From the NCBI GenBank assembly GCA_040349255.1, contig JBEQUE010000010.1:68216-132215 (forward strand): 64,000 nucleotides of DNA. Reading direction: 5' to 3'. Made by a program: the position numbers and the translations under genes. Positions 63,190 through 64,000 of this stretch are shown one piece after another (within the stretch, counting starts at the first letter, position 1; each line of letters opens with the position of its first letter). The notes under the pieces are model-generated. The model saw only the letters and a program-made list of their open reading frames with translations. It was not told the DNA's origin and searched no databases. Origin of the DNA: Acidobacteriota bacterium. GTDB lineage: Bacteria > Acidobacteriota > Thermoanaerobaculia > Multivoradales > UBA5704.

Positions 63190-64000
63190 CTACTTCTTGC
63201 GCACCATGGTCAGGGTGGCCACCTGCTTGGCGCTGCCGTCCGGGTTGCACTCGTACTTGAGCATCGCGTGCTGGGCCTCGGCCTCGTCGGCGCCGCCGGC
63301 GCCCGCGCCCGCCAGCAGATCCATCACGTGCGGATCGCAGTCGGAATCGGTGCCGCCGCCGAAACGGTGCTGGCCTTCGTATTCGTTGACCTTGCGGGTG
63401 AGCAGGTCGGTCTTGTCCGGGAAGCCCTCGTTGGACTGGATGAGGACCTGGTAACCCCACTGCGACGGGTCGCCGCCGCCGAGCTGGTCGAGGTCGACCG
63501 TGGCCGAGATCGTGCGGCCGGCGCCCTTGACGCGGGCGGGCACGATCACGTTGTTCTTGGTGGCGCCCGGCATCTTGGCGTCCACCTCGTTCTTCACCGT
63601 GCCCGGCGCCTGCGGCGAGAGGATCACCAGGTAATCCCATTCGTTGCCGGCCGCGAAGGTGACGTTCGTGCCGGGCACGCCCTCGGTGAAGCCGCCCTCC
63701 TTGGTGTCGATGAAGATGAAGATCATCTGCACCGAGAAGCCGCCGCCCATGCGCCACGGGTCTTCGAGCGGCGAGTTCAAGGTGACGTCGAAGTCGACCT
63801 TCTTGCCCTTGCCCTCGACGTCGAACCCGGTCAGGTCGAACGAGCCGCGCTTGTAGACGGCGTCGGTCGGGTAGGTGTAGCTGCCCGGTCCGTTGTCGTC
63901 GCCGGTCGGGTCCTTGAACGAGACCTTCTGGGCCATCGCCGGGATCGCCATGGATGCCAGCATCAGCGCCATGGCGCCGGTCTTCCAGAGCTTCTGCCTC
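63190..64000 (-). CDS. Secreted glucodextranase-DOMON-like domain protein (paralog 2); 5' end probably beyond window end
   Basis: FKDPTGDDNGPGSYTYPTDAVYKRGSFDLTGFDV...GGGFSVQMIFIFIDT. The frame stays open upstream of ATG 63972 (..RQKLWKTGAMALMLASMAIPAMA), so the true start of the signal peptide may lie past 64000. Confidence 0.6.
   Translation of the reverse strand, partial: RQKLWKTGAMALMLASMAIPAMAQKVSFKDPTGDDNGPGSYTYPTDAVYKRGSFDLTGFDVEGKGKKVDFDVTLNSPLEDPWRMGGGFSVQMIFIFIDTKEGGFTEGVPGTNVTFAAGNEWDYLVILSPQAPGTVKNEVDAKMPGATKNNVIVPARVKGAGRTISATVDLDQLGGGDPSQWGYQVLIQSNEGFPDKTDLLTRKVNEYEGQHRFGGGTDSDCDPHVMDLLAGAGAGGADEAEAQHAMLKYECNPDGSAKQVATLTMVRKK

Overview
High-G+C bacterial chromosome segment (by eye well above 60% G+C, not computed). 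It has outer-membrane hallmarks: LptD, a TonB-dependent receptor with a carboxypeptidase-regulatory N-domain, CsgG and alternative complex III. It also encodes several Ser/Thr kinases. This mix fits Acidobacteriota-like lineages, but that is inference only. About 60 protein genes are supportable. I saw no rRNA, tRNA or CRISPR. Housekeeping content: actA-actB-actC at the left edge, an HtrA protease, a long-form sugar-1-P nucleotidyltransferase, lptD, thiolase, ruvX, mltG, maeB, ogt, truC, an EVE protein and a GH13 amylase. There is also a tightly coupled minus-strand operon running rmlD, three extended-SDR sugar-nucleotide enzymes, a fused polyprenol-kinase/DUF92 gene, then a UbiA prenyltransferase. 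Accessory content is dense. There are five toxin-antitoxin pairs or remnants: Xre/RES, RHH/RelE-ParE, DUF433/truncated DUF5615, MNT/HepT-like and a truncated HigA-like antidote. An A/T-richer islet (AbiJ-like HEPN gene plus a repeat array) sits between two directly repeated Uma2 nuclease genes and splits the rml genes. There is also a MITE-like hairpin element. The most unusual signals are these. (1) Three intergenic arrays of 13-26 head-to-tail units have a strict 20-21 bp period; in two of them each unit carries a 12-14 bp quasi-palindrome, in the third a conserved half-site, and the core differs per array. (2) Two full-length paralogous membrane Ser/Thr-kinase-TPR genes each overlap, convergently, the 3' end of an A/T-richer gene. 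Those genes encode unassignable Ser/Thr-rich proteins that share a C-terminal module (one small protein, two large tandem ones). (3) A pseudokinase is fused to a TonB C-terminal domain. All family calls rest on motif recognition by eye; no database search was possible.
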